Assembly (NCBI GenBank): GCA_965207455.1
Contig: CBDBMJ010000001.1
Coordinates: forward strand, 222,644-286,643
Source of the DNA: Bdellovibrionota bacterium
Lineage (GTDB): Bacteria > Bdellovibrionota > UBA1018 > CAIPTA01 > JAALKR01
Reading direction: 5' to 3'
Length of the DNA: 64,000 nucleotides
Shown: one piece after another, positions 18,283 through 26,625 of the stretch
Position numbering within the stretch: position 1 is the first letter of the stretch
Layout: every line of letters begins with the position of its first letter
The notes under the pieces: generated by a model
Database searches by the model: none
Told to the model about the DNA's origin: nothing
The model's input: the letters and a program-made list of their open reading frames with translations, nothing else
Program-made: the position numbers and the translations under genes

Positions 18283-18302
18283 ACTAAAAAATAGACAGTT
18301 GT
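18283..18302. repeat. Right copy of the 20-bp direct repeat flanking the IS1202-like element
   Basis: ACTAAAAAATAGACAGTTGT is identical to 14458-14477. Confidence 0.85.
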
Positions 18303-18356
18303 TGAGGAAGTTTGCGGTAGTTCCTCGAATGAATTTCTAGATATTGTCCGTTATAA

Positions 18357-18390
18357 ATAAAATCCCTTCATTTCTGAAGGGATTTTTTCA
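18357..18390 (-). terminator. Rho-independent (bidirectional-looking) terminator downstream of gene F
   Basis: A perfect 10-bp stem, aatcccttca (18361-18370) paired with tgaagggatt (18375-18384), with loop tttc. A/T runs lie on both sides, 60 nt beyond the gene F stop. Confidence 0.6.
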
Positions 18391-18450
18391 AGCCATATAG
18401 CCTCTAATATAGAATTTTCATTTAGTTTACTGAAAGATCATAAATTATAT

Positions 18451-19728
18451 TTACCGTGAACTAGCTGTTAGGTTGGGACGTATATAAATGAAAATTATTT
18501 TTTTGCTCTTGATCTCCATCTTTAGAGTTGCTAAAGTACTCTTCAATTCTGTTTTTTTCTTCTTATCAGTTTCCATATTTATATTCTCTCGAATACGTTC
18601 CACGAGTTCTTTTTTCTTCTGCATTTCTGCTTCTAGATCTTCTAGAACATTCTCTAATTCTGTTTTAGAGTAATTGGCATCTTCATCAGTAATCAAGTTA
18701 AGATTTTGAAGAATATGGATGTCACGTGCATTCCCAACTGCATAAAAATAAGAGCGACAGCCTATATTAATATAATTTTGAATCATTTTACCTGCTTGTT
18801 TTTGATTTTTATTAGCAGCGCTAGAATGCCTACTTGGCTCAGTTTCTAATGCATCTAATATTGATGCTGCTTTTTTATCATTACATTCTTCACTTATAAA
18901 GCTCAGACTTTTGGATGGACTTTTACCTTGAAGATTACTTATTCTTTCTTTCATATCCTTAAATTCCAACTTGCCCTTTGAGAGCTTCTCTTGATCTGGA
19001 ACAGGATAATAACCATATTGTAGTTCTGGTACTCCATCATCACTATAATCTGGTGTCCATATAAGAAGCCCTATAACTAGCCATTGAGCAAGTCGTCCTG
19101 CCTTCCTCAGTAAACGTCCTGTTAAAGAAGGACGACGTTTTTTAGTAACTTTAGCCATATCAATGGTCTGAGGATTATTTACTTTTATGAATTGACCTGC
19201 TGTTAGTTGAGAAGAAGCCGCAGTAGCAGCAGCAGCTATGCTTGCTTCAGATTTCTTTACTATGTGGCGACCAATAAGAATAAGTCCGAAGCTAGATACT
19301 ACAAAAATAGCAGGTTCATCGTAAGCTTGCCTTATTATGGTTTTTACCACAGGACCTACCCCTATATCGTTTGCTATATAGCCTATATCACTTGCTGTTT
19401 CCGATTCTATTATAGTGTTTGTCACAGAAGTTATCCCTATGCCGTCTACTATACTGACTATACCGTCGCCTATTTCGGATAGGTTGTCTTTTATTCCCCA
19501 TTCTTCAAAATATCTTGCTGCCTTTTTTTTTATTCCTGGTATGTTGTGTGTCTTAAAACCGATACCTAATGTTGGTATTAAAAAAGTTAAAGGTTCGTCT
19601 GTCGAATTTGAAGTTTCCTCTCCATTTGCCCTATCTGTTTCTGTGATCAGTGCCACTGAATATGCATACTGTGGGCTAACCAAAGCTAGGCAAAGTAATA
19701 TGGCTATTATATTTTTTGTTGTTTTCAT
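18451..19728 (-). CDS. Hypothetical secreted/membrane protein with coiled-coil C-terminus (island gene F)
   Basis: Signal peptide MKTTKNIIAILLCLALVSPQYAYS, internal hydrophobic segments and a K/E-rich C-terminal coiled-coil-like region. An A9 tract at 19523-19531 is currently in frame. Confidence 0.65.
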   Translation of the reverse strand: MKTTKNIIAILLCLALVSPQYAYSVALITETDRANGEETSNSTDEPLTFLIPTLGIGFKTHNIPGIKKKAARYFEEWGIKDNLSEIGDGIVSIVDGIGITSVTNTIIESETASDIGYIANDIGVGPVVKTIIRQAYDEPAIFVVSSFGLILIGRHIVKKSEASIAAAATAASSQLTAGQFIKVNNPQTIDMAKVTKKRRPSLTGRLLRKAGRLAQWLVIGLLIWTPDYSDDGVPELQYGYYPVPDQEKLSKGKLEFKDMKERISNLQGKSPSKSLSFISEECNDKKAASILDALETEPSRHSSAANKNQKQAGKMIQNYINIGCRSYFYAVGNARDIHILQNLNLITDEDANYSKTELENVLEDLEAEMQKKKELVERIRENINMETDKKKKTELKSTLATLKMEIKSKKIIFIYIRPNLTASSR

Positions 19729-19773
19729 TTTCTTATCTCCTTGTTAATTGTTATTCTTTACTGCACAAACCGT

Positions 19774-19802
19774 ATTATGCATTAAGTTATATAAATAGTC
19801 AA
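19774..19802 (-). promoter_or_regulatory. Sigma70-type promoter of gene F
   Basis: The - strand reads TTGACT (19802-19797), a 17-nt spacer, then CATAAT (19779-19774). The same ATAATGCTTGACTATT block is found upstream of genes C and D. Confidence 0.65.
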
Positions 19803-19828
19803 GCATTATCTTGAATTTTTTAGTCAAT

Positions 19829-21168
19829 CGAATTGACTCACAAAAAACGTCACCAAAATGGCTTTGAGAACAGTGAGTTACGGCTCGGTTGACTCACAAC
19901 GCAATTCCATGGAAAATATAACTGTAAAATTAACATACCAAGGAGGTACATTATGAACAAACAAGCCATAACACAATATTTACTAGCAATAGCGGAGCTT
20001 TACCGCAATAGCCTTAAGAGAGAAAAAACGAGAATACTGGATGAGGCCGTGAAGGTGTGTCCGCTAAACCGTAAGCAGATCATCAGACGCCTGCAAAAGG
20101 GTCCAGAGAGCATCATAAGGGGAGGGGGTTCTGGGAGGAGATTCCAGTACCCCCGAGGGCTCCTTAAGCCCTATATTCGCAAATTATGGACGAGGATGGG
20201 CTATCCCTGTGCTCTAATCATGCAGGCAAGTATGGAAGAGTGGCTAGAGTATTTGCCTGTTGATATGAACTTTCCCAGCGCTATAAAAAGAAAGCTTTTG
20301 CAGATGAGTGCCTCTACTGTAGGCAGATTTTTAAAAGAAATTAGAGGAGATAGGAATAAAGGAAAAAGCACCACTAGACCTGCTAGTAGTTATCTGAAGA
20401 GCAAGGTTCCCATAAATACATTGGGCTTTCGACCCGAAGAACCAGGATACTTGCAGGCAGATACGGTGTCTCACTGTGGAACAAATGTAGGCGGCTTATA
20501 CGCCTCTACCCTTACCACTACAGACGTATATTCCTCTTGGACAGAGAATAGAGCTATTCTAGGAAAAAGGGCGCATAAGGTTAGTCAGAAATTCTATGAA
20601 ATTCAAAAGGAATTGCCTTTTTTAATAATAGGAATAAATACAGACTCTGGAACAGAGTTTATCAACAATGAAGTGGTAAATTTTATGAATAGCAATGGCA
20701 GGAGAATTAATTTTACTAGGTCCAGGCCTTATCGTAAGAATGACAATTGCTTCGTGGAACAAAAGAACTTTACCCATGTAAGAGAGCTTATGGGCTATGA
20801 GAGGATAGAGGATAAAGCTCACATAGATTTGATGAATGATATTTATATAAATTACTGGAACCCGTTAAAAAACTTTTTTATTCCGTGTTTGAAATTGAAG
20901 GAGAAGTATAGAGAAAAGTCTAGAGTGATAAAAAAGTACCATAAAGCACAAACGCCCTTTAATTGGCTAATGAAATCGGATGCTCTTTCCGAGGAGTATA
21001 AAAGGAGGTTAAGAAAAAGAAAAAAAGAACTCAATCCCTTTGTCCTGAAAAGCGAAATGGACAAAAAACTAGACCAGCTTTTTTTATTATTGCAGCGGTC
21101 TAAGAATGGAAAAGCGGCATGATTTCAACGCGATGCTCCTTGGTGCGTTTTCATTATGAGTCAATACG
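19829..21168 (+). mobile_element. Insertion sequence with a single rve-type DDE transposase (family uncertain)
   Basis: Terminal inverted repeats CGAATTGACTCACAAAAAACGTCACC (19829-19854) and GGTGCGTTTTCATTATGAGTCAATACG (21142-21168). An extra subterminal TTGACTCACAA copy lies near 19890. Confidence 0.6.
19953..21122 (+). CDS. DDE transposase, integrase-core (rve) type
   Basis: LQADTVSHCG (D), INTDSGTEFIN (D) and RKNDNCFVEQKNFTHVR (E, 38 residues after the second D). AAGGAGG RBS upstream. Confidence 0.8.
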   Translation: MNKQAITQYLLAIAELYRNSLKREKTRILDEAVKVCPLNRKQIIRRLQKGPESIIRGGGSGRRFQYPRGLLKPYIRKLWTRMGYPCALIMQASMEEWLEYLPVDMNFPSAIKRKLLQMSASTVGRFLKEIRGDRNKGKSTTRPASSYLKSKVPINTLGFRPEEPGYLQADTVSHCGTNVGGLYASTLTTTDVYSSWTENRAILGKRAHKVSQKFYEIQKELPFLIIGINTDSGTEFINNEVVNFMNSNGRRINFTRSRPYRKNDNCFVEQKNFTHVRELMGYERIEDKAHIDLMNDIYINYWNPLKNFFIPCLKLKEKYREKSRVIKKYHKAQTPFNWLMKSDALSEEYKRRLRKRKKELNPFVLKSEMDKKLDQLFLLLQRSKNGKAA

Positions 21169-21243
21169 AATTATTCATAATCTATTGTTTTTATTAATTT
21201 TTTCCCCTGCTTTGCTCCTCCCTTTAAATGGGGGTTAGAAAGG

Positions 21244-22272
21244 CTAAAGGACTAGCATGCAGTCACCGTAGGAGAGGAAGCGGTATTCCCTTTGAATAGC
21301 TTCGTCATAGGCTTTCCATAGCAGATCCTCTCCAAGGATGGCAGCCAGTAGGACAATAAGGCTGGACTTGGGTTGGTGAAAATTTGTAAGAAGGCCATCT
21401 ATGGCAAGAAAATCCGATCCAGGGCGAAGGAAAATATCTGTTATACCATCCTGTTGCTTGCGAGCAGCACTTTCTAGGGCACGAACCGTTGTTGTGCCTA
21501 CAGCGATTCGCCTTCCTCCATTTTTTTTCACAGCATTCATTTTCAATTGCACAGAACGGGGAACGGAAAAATATTCCTCATGCATTTTATGATCTTCTAT
21601 TGTTTGTGTTTGTATGGGTTGGAATGTTCCATATCCCACATGGAGGGTAATATAGTCTAGCTGTGTGCCTTTATTTTTTAAGGATTTTAGCATTTCTTCG
21701 TTAAAGTGGAGTCCTGCGGTGGGGGCAGCAACGGATCCCGGTATTTTTGCGTAAGTGGTTTGGTAGCGTTTAGTGTCTTGGGCTTCATCTTTGCGTTCAA
21801 TATATGGTGGTAGGGGAACATGACCAACCTGTTCTAACTCTTGCTTGAGGTTTGTTTTTGCTTCAAATGCCACTTGAAAAATACCTTCTTTTTTTCCTCG
21901 TCCTACCACGCGAGCAGTAATGTTCTCACCGATGGAGAATTCTAAATTTTCTTTTCTTGCAGAACTTTTTATTAAGCAGGGGCTAATATTATTATCTGAC
22001 GGTGACTCTAATAAAAAGCATTCCACTCGCCCTCCCGATGGGCGCACACCCAGCAGACGTGCCTTAAACACTTTGCTATTATTCAGTACCATCATATCTT
22101 TACTGCAGACCCATTTTGGTAGGTCGGAGAACAACTCATGGTAGATTTTTTTTTCTTTTCTTTGAACAACGAGCATTCTGGAGGCATTGCGATCGGCCAA
22201 AGGGTATTGGGCAATAAGCTTTTTGGGCAGGTTATAGTTGAAGTTATTGAGTTCCATTGCTTGTTTTTCCAT
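21244..22272 (-). CDS. queA: S-adenosylmethionine:tRNA ribosyltransferase-isomerase QueA
   Basis: FNYNLPKKLIAQYPL N-terminus, VPLPPYI, TAGLHF and VGTTTVRALES motifs. An alternative ATG at 22257 (M6) is equally possible. Confidence 0.93.
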   Translation of the reverse strand: MEKQAMELNNFNYNLPKKLIAQYPLADRNASRMLVVQRKEKKIYHELFSDLPKWVCSKDMMVLNNSKVFKARLLGVRPSGGRVECFLLESPSDNNISPCLIKSSARKENLEFSIGENITARVVGRGKKEGIFQVAFEAKTNLKQELEQVGHVPLPPYIERKDEAQDTKRYQTTYAKIPGSVAAPTAGLHFNEEMLKSLKNKGTQLDYITLHVGYGTFQPIQTQTIEDHKMHEEYFSVPRSVQLKMNAVKKNGGRRIAVGTTTVRALESAARKQQDGITDIFLRPGSDFLAIDGLLTNFHQPKSSLIVLLAAILGEDLLWKAYDEAIQREYRFLSYGDCMLVL

Positions 22273-22981
22273 AATGGTTCATCACACGATGCATACGTTG
22301 TAGGATTTCCCACTGTATACGGCTTCTATCATGGTTTTTCGCCCAGTTATAGTGGAAGCCCCGGTTGGTTGAATTTCGTTTTTTGTGACCAAAACTTATG
22401 CCCAAGTGGGACCAGCGGGTAGCGGTATCGGCAAACCATTCGTTTAGCTCTTTGTTTTTCAGGAGGGCTATTTTATCCAGAAGCTTGTCTCCTAGAAATC
22501 GCTTGAGAGTAAAAAGGGAATGTTTTCGAAGGCTTTTTTTCAAAAATGGTATGCGATCAAACGTTTTGTTATTTTCCAGCATATTCACTTCGGTAGCAAA
22601 AAAGTCTAATGCCTTTGTGCTCGTTATATTTCTGTTATTTTCCATGTCCACATAGTGGGTGGATTGAATGAGTCCTCGGTAAACGCCCTCTAGGCTAGCA
22701 CCTTGATTCAATACATTTATCCAAGAGATATACGATTTGGGATCCTTTAATTTTCGATTATAGATCTGTTCATACATTTCTAGCAGGAATAGGCGGTGGA
22801 GGTTTTTTTGTTGCTTGGGGGAGAGAGCAACGAGGGGAGGCTGTTGTTTTATTTCTGTTGGTATTTCTTTGGGGGTACAGGCCGAAAGAAGAAAAGAAAG
22901 AAGAATGGAAAGAGGAATAGAGTGAGAGGGGAGGGTTAGGTGCTGTTGTTGTGAGTGGCGTTGGATGGGAGGGGAGAGCAC
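22244..22981 (-). CDS. Hypothetical lipoprotein with a DUF4214-like motif
   Basis: LSILLSFLLSAC lipobox. MYEQIYNRKLKDPKSYISWINVLNQGASLEGVYRGLIQS resembles the DUF4214 pattern Y..lL.R..D..G...W...L..G.s...v...f..S. GTG start. The 3' end overlaps queA by 29 nt. Confidence 0.6.
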   Translation of the reverse strand: MLSPPIQRHSQQQHLTLPSHSIPLSILLSFLLSACTPKEIPTEIKQQPPLVALSPKQQKNLHRLFLLEMYEQIYNRKLKDPKSYISWINVLNQGASLEGVYRGLIQSTHYVDMENNRNITSTKALDFFATEVNMLENNKTFDRIPFLKKSLRKHSLFTLKRFLGDKLLDKIALLKNKELNEWFADTATRWSHLGISFGHKKRNSTNRGFHYNWAKNHDRSRIQWEILQRMHRVMNHYGKTSNGTQ

Positions 22982-23023
22982 TAGATTTTTAGTTCAACTT
23001 GGGGGGTTCAACCGCAGGGTTGT

Positions 23024-23512
23024 TCAACCTGAAGGTTGAACAACTGGTTTGCTTTTTTTAGGAGTGCTTCCTGATTGCATTGCTTGTCGATCGAGTTCTT
23101 TGTTGTTTCTTTGTTCTTCGGTGAGCTTTTTCTTTTTGGGAGGAGGTAATTTATAGTCTACAAATTCAATAATGGCCATTTTAGCACTATCGCCATAGCG
23201 GGGGGCAGTTTTACGAAGGATGCGTGTATACCCTCCATTGCGTGTTTTAAATCTTGGACCAAAGTCCTCAAAGAGTTTTTTCACCAGTGTTTTATCTTTG
23301 ATTTTACTGTAGACCAATCGCCGTGCATGGAGGCTGTCCGTATTTTTCCCCTTTGTTACCAAACGTTCCACTATACGTCGAAGATCCTTGGCTTTGTGTA
23401 GCGTGGTTTCGATACGTTCATGGAGCAATAGGCTGGCTGCCATATTGGTAAACATGGCCATCCTATGGTCTGTTCTGCGTCCAAATTTTCTACGGTCTAC
23501 CTTATGTCTCAT
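23024..23512 (-). CDS. rplQ: 50S ribosomal protein L17 (with basic C-terminal extension)
   Basis: MRHKVDRRKFGRRTDHRMAMFTNMAASLLLHERIETT. Last gene of the alpha operon. Confidence 0.96.
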   Translation of the reverse strand: MRHKVDRRKFGRRTDHRMAMFTNMAASLLLHERIETTLHKAKDLRRIVERLVTKGKNTDSLHARRLVYSKIKDKTLVKKLFEDFGPRFKTRNGGYTRILRKTAPRYGDSAKMAIIEFVDYKLPPPKKKKLTEEQRNNKELDRQAMQSGSTPKKSKPVVQPSG

Positions 23513-23521
23513 AATAACTTT

Positions 23522-24868
23522 CTATTCTTCGTCCAATCCGCCACCAGAGGGAGAGTGATTATTACCCGTGGGGTTGGTGGTCTCTTCCTCTTGCTTAGGT
23601 TCATTGTCGTTATTGTTATCGTTGTTATTTTCACTGTCAGGGGAACTGTCTGCTGGGGCACTGTCTGCTGGGGCACTGTCTGCTGGGGCACTGTCTGGAG
23701 CACTTTCTGGGGTGCTGTCAGGGGTAGTGCTGTCAGGGGTAGTGCTGTCAGGGGTACTACTGTCAGGAGCAGCACTACTGTCAGGGCTATTGAAACCGTC
23801 ATGGCTATTATGGAGAAGGTTATTGCTGCCTTCGTCACTGGTAGGTGTTGATGGCTCTTGGGGTTTTAACTCTTCAACGGGGGGTTGGAATCCAGTGAGT
23901 TTCATTCCCAGGTGAAGTTCCATTTTTGTGAGCATCTCTTTAATTTCGTTGAGTGATTTACGTCCAAAGTTTTTCGTACGTAACATCTCCCCTTCACTTC
24001 GTTGTACCAATTGATAAATATGTTGAATGTCTGCGTTCTGTAGGCAATTTGCACTTCGTACGGAGAGTTCCAGCTCTTCCACTGGCCTATATAGATTCGC
24101 ACTCCATGTTTTTTGCTTTTTACTCTCAGGCTCTTTTACGGGTTCCTCTTCCTCTTCGAAGTTTAGAAATACGGTCATTTGATCCCGTATGATTTTAGAG
24201 CTTAGGGCTACTGCATCTTCCGGACTTACACTTCCATCTGTCCAGACTTCCATTTGTAATTTATCGTAGTCAGTACGTTGCCCCACCCGTGCGTTGGTTA
24301 CCACGTAGTTTACTTTTTGAATGGGGGAGAAGAAAGAGTCGATCACAATCCAACCAATGGGTAGGTCTTCATTCTTATTTGCCTCTGCAGTAACAAAGCC
24401 CCGTCCTGTTTTTACAAGTAATTCCGCATGGAACTTACCGCTGTTGCCAAGGGAACAGATATATTGAGATGGGTCTAGCACTTCCAGTCGTCCACCAGTC
24501 TCAATATCCGCTGCGGTTATTATGCCGTTTTCTTCTTTTGTTATGGTAACGGTTGCTTCTTCGGTGGAGTCCAGCATTTTTAAGCGCAGTGCTTTTATAT
24601 TGAGAATTACTTCCGTTACATCTTCCAGTACATCCTGGATTTCAGTAAATTCATGTTGTACGCCCTGTAATCGGATTGCAGTTACTGCTGTTCCACGCAG
24701 TGAACCCAAGAGAACTCTGCGCAGAGAGTTTCCCAGGGTAAGACCGTATCCTCTCTCTAGGGGGCGAGCCGTAAATTTTCCATACATTTCGGAAAAAGAA
24801 TTTTTGTCCACTTCCAGTACGGCTGGTTTAATTAGGGTGCGCCAATTTTTTTGCATATTTGGTATCAT
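23522..24868 (-). CDS. rpoA: DNA-directed RNA polymerase alpha subunit with a ~110-aa repeat-rich acidic C-terminal tail
   Basis: FTARPLERGYGLTLGNSLRRVLL N-terminal domain and alpha-CTD VEELELSVRSANCLQNADIQHIYQLV...NFGRKSLNEIKE. The ORF then continues 110 aa further (PDSTTPDSTT...PADSAPADSA...NNNDNNND). Confidence 0.95.
   Translation of the reverse strand: MIPNMQKNWRTLIKPAVLEVDKNSFSEMYGKFTARPLERGYGLTLGNSLRRVLLGSLRGTAVTAIRLQGVQHEFTEIQDVLEDVTEVILNIKALRLKMLDSTEEATVTITKEENGIITAADIETGGRLEVLDPSQYICSLGNSGKFHAELLVKTGRGFVTAEANKNEDLPIGWIVIDSFFSPIQKVNYVVTNARVGQRTDYDKLQMEVWTDGSVSPEDAVALSSKIIRDQMTVFLNFEEEEEPVKEPESKKQKTWSANLYRPVEELELSVRSANCLQNADIQHIYQLVQRSEGEMLRTKNFGRKSLNEIKEMLTKMELHLGMKLTGFQPPVEELKPQEPSTPTSDEGSNNLLHNSHDGFNSPDSSAAPDSSTPDSTTPDSTTPDSTPESAPDSAPADSAPADSAPADSSPDSENNNDNNNDNEPKQEEETTNPTGNNHSPSGGGLDEE
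23646..23756 (-). repeat. Two sets of 3 x 15-bp in-frame tandem repeats in the rpoA 3' tail
   Basis: ctgtctgctggggca x3 at 23646-23690 and gtgctgtcaggggta x3 at 23712-23756. They encode PADSA and PDSTT pentapeptide repeats. Confidence 0.93.
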
Positions 24869-24946
24869 TAACTTCCTCCACTTTCCTTTATTTATTGTCG
24901 TTTATCGTTAATATAAAAAATCTTCCTACTCTTATTTTTACGCTCA

Positions 24947-25573
24947 TTACTTGGAGTACAACTCCACTACTAAGCGCTCCTCAATGGGCAATGTAATATC
25001 CTCACGACTTGGAAGATCCTTTACGGTTCCTTTAAAATTACTATGATCTACTTCTAGCCAGCCGGGTAACTCCCTTGATTTTGCATTCTCTATGGATGCC
25101 TGAACCTGCACTTGTTTTTGGCTCTTTTTTCGTAGGGAAATTACATCGTCTTTTTTCACTTGAAAAGACGGGATATTTACGGAGCGAGTGTTCACTTCCA
25201 CAAGCCCATGGCTAACCATCATGCGGGCTTGGCTTCGGCTGGAGGCAAACCCACAGCGATAGAGAGCATTGTCCAGACGACACTCTAAGAAGGTTAGGAG
25301 ATTCATACCTGTGATGCCTTTTTTCTTCTCTGCGCGTACAAAGTAGCTGTGGAATTGTTTTTCCATAAGACCGTAGATGCGCTTTAGCTTTTGTTTTTCT
25401 CGAAGCTGTATGGCGTATCCAGAAAATTTAATTCGTCCGTGACCGTGGACTCCTGGTGGGTAGGCACGGCGTTCAAAAGCGCATTTTTCCGTCATGCAAC
25501 GCTCGCCCTTTAGAAAAAGTTTTTGGTTCTCTCGCCTACAAATACGACAAACAGAATCTCGATAACGTGCCAT
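24947..25573 (-). CDS. rpsD: 30S ribosomal protein S4
   Basis: MARYRDSVCRICRRENQKLFLKGERC. Sits in the alpha-operon order. Confidence 0.97.
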   Translation of the reverse strand: MARYRDSVCRICRRENQKLFLKGERCMTEKCAFERRAYPPGVHGHGRIKFSGYAIQLREKQKLKRIYGLMEKQFHSYFVRAEKKKGITGMNLLTFLECRLDNALYRCGFASSRSQARMMVSHGLVEVNTRSVNIPSFQVKKDDVISLRKKSQKQVQVQASIENAKSRELPGWLEVDHSNFKGTVKDLPSREDITLPIEERLVVELYSK

Positions 25574-25583
25574 AAAATTTCTC

Positions 25584-25979
25584 CTATACTCTTCGTCGTT
25601 TCGGTGGACGACAGCCGTTGTGTGGCATTGGTGTTGTGTCTTGAATTTGGGTTACTCGAACGCCTGCTGAGGAGATGGCTCGTACAGCGGACTCTCTTCC
25701 TGCTCCCGGCCCTCGTACTTCCACGGAGGCTGTTCGTAGGCCATGTTCCATGGCTTTTCGTATAGCGTCTTCTGCGGCCATTTGTGCTGCAAAAGGGGTG
25801 TTTTTACGGCTTCCACGGAAGCCTTTGAGACCTGCACTGGACCAAGCTATTACATTTCCCTGAGTGTCGGTTACGGTAACTAGGGTGTTATTAAAAGTGG
25901 AGGATATGCAAACGACCCCATTAGGAATATTCTTCTTTTTTTGTTTGCGCTTGGGTTTGCCTTTTGTTGCTTCAGCCAT
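25584..25979 (-). CDS. rpsK: 30S ribosomal protein S11
   Basis: [30 protein letters not shown]...[16 protein letters not shown]. Confidence 0.97.
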   Translation of the reverse strand: MAEATKGKPKRKQKKKNIPNGVVCISSTFNNTLVTVTDTQGNVIAWSSAGLKGFRGSRKNTPFAAQMAAEDAIRKAMEHGLRTASVEVRGPGAGRESAVRAISSAGVRVTQIQDTTPMPHNGCRPPKRRRV

Positions 25980-25989
25980 ATTTTTCCCT

Positions 25990-26376
25990 TTATTTCAGCG
26001 ACTTCACAGATTTTTTACCTGCGATAGCAACGGATTTTCCTTTTCGCGTGCGTGCATTACAGCGCGTTCTTTGTCCCCTAGCAGGGAGTTTCTTTTTGTG
26101 ACGCATTCCCCGGTAGGAACTCAAATCCACTAAGCGCTTAATATTTTGGCTCAATTCTCGCCTCAGATCCCCTTCCACCTTGAGACCACTGCGGTCTATG
26201 GTGGAGCGAATTTGGGCTATGTCATCGTCCAGTAAGTCATCGGATTTCTTGTCCAGCGGTATGTTTGCCATTTTTAGTAGGAGTCTGGAACTGGTTAAGC
26301 CGATGCCATAGATAGCGGTGAGGGCATACTCCATTCGTTTATTTCTGGGTAAGTCTACGCCTTGAATTCTTGCCAT
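25990..26376 (-). CDS. rpsM: 30S ribosomal protein S13
   Basis: [26 protein letters not shown]. Confidence 0.97.
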   Translation of the reverse strand: MARIQGVDLPRNKRMEYALTAIYGIGLTSSRLLLKMANIPLDKKSDDLLDDDIAQIRSTIDRSGLKVEGDLRRELSQNIKRLVDLSSYRGMRHKKKLPARGQRTRCNARTRKGKSVAIAGKKSVKSLK

Positions 26377-26382
26377 CTACCC

Positions 26383-26499
26383 CTACCCCTGCCTTTGTTT
26401 ATGTTTCGGGCTAGCTGAGCATATCACCCGAACAACACCACGGCGGCGGATTACCTTACACTTGGAACACATTTTTTTTACGGAAGCTCTTACTTTCAT
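26383..26499 (-). CDS. rpmJ: 50S ribosomal protein L36 (not in the supplied ORF track)
   Basis: Manual translation of the - strand gives [38 protein letters not shown] (38 aa) with the C..C...C...H zinc-ribbon pattern. It sits at the canonical position upstream of rpsM. Confidence 0.93.
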   Translation of the reverse strand: MKVRASVKKMCSKCKVIRRRGVVRVICSASPKHKQRQG

Positions 26500-26625
26500 A
26501 TTCTCCTAAAACCCTATATTCTTTTTTTTAAAGACATAAGGAAACACATTTTCGTATCATAAAAATAGACCTATCTTCAAGAAAATTCTATAGTTTCTTT
26601 GTATATTTTTCATTTTCTTCCTTTT

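Noticed and set aside
23019-23044. Perfect 11-bp hairpin GTTGTTCAACC-TGAA-GGTTGAACAAC overlapping the rplQ stop codon, considered as the terminator of the alpha operon.
   Set aside because: On the coding (-) strand it is not followed by a U-tract. The T-run lies on the + strand side, inside rplQ. It may still be a Rho-dependent or RNA-stability element, but this cannot be supported from sequence alone.
23465-23915. ORFs 23465-23851(+), 23509-23838(-) and 23568-23915(+) with low-complexity repeats.
   Set aside because: They are alternative frames of the rpoA 3' repeat tail. The rpoA frame is continuous with the conserved alpha-CTD, so these are frame shadows.
26500-26625. Absence of map and infA between adk and rpmJ, and absence of ddl between murB and ftsQ.
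   Set aside because: The presence of these genes at these positions varies widely among bacteria. This is not anomalous by itself.
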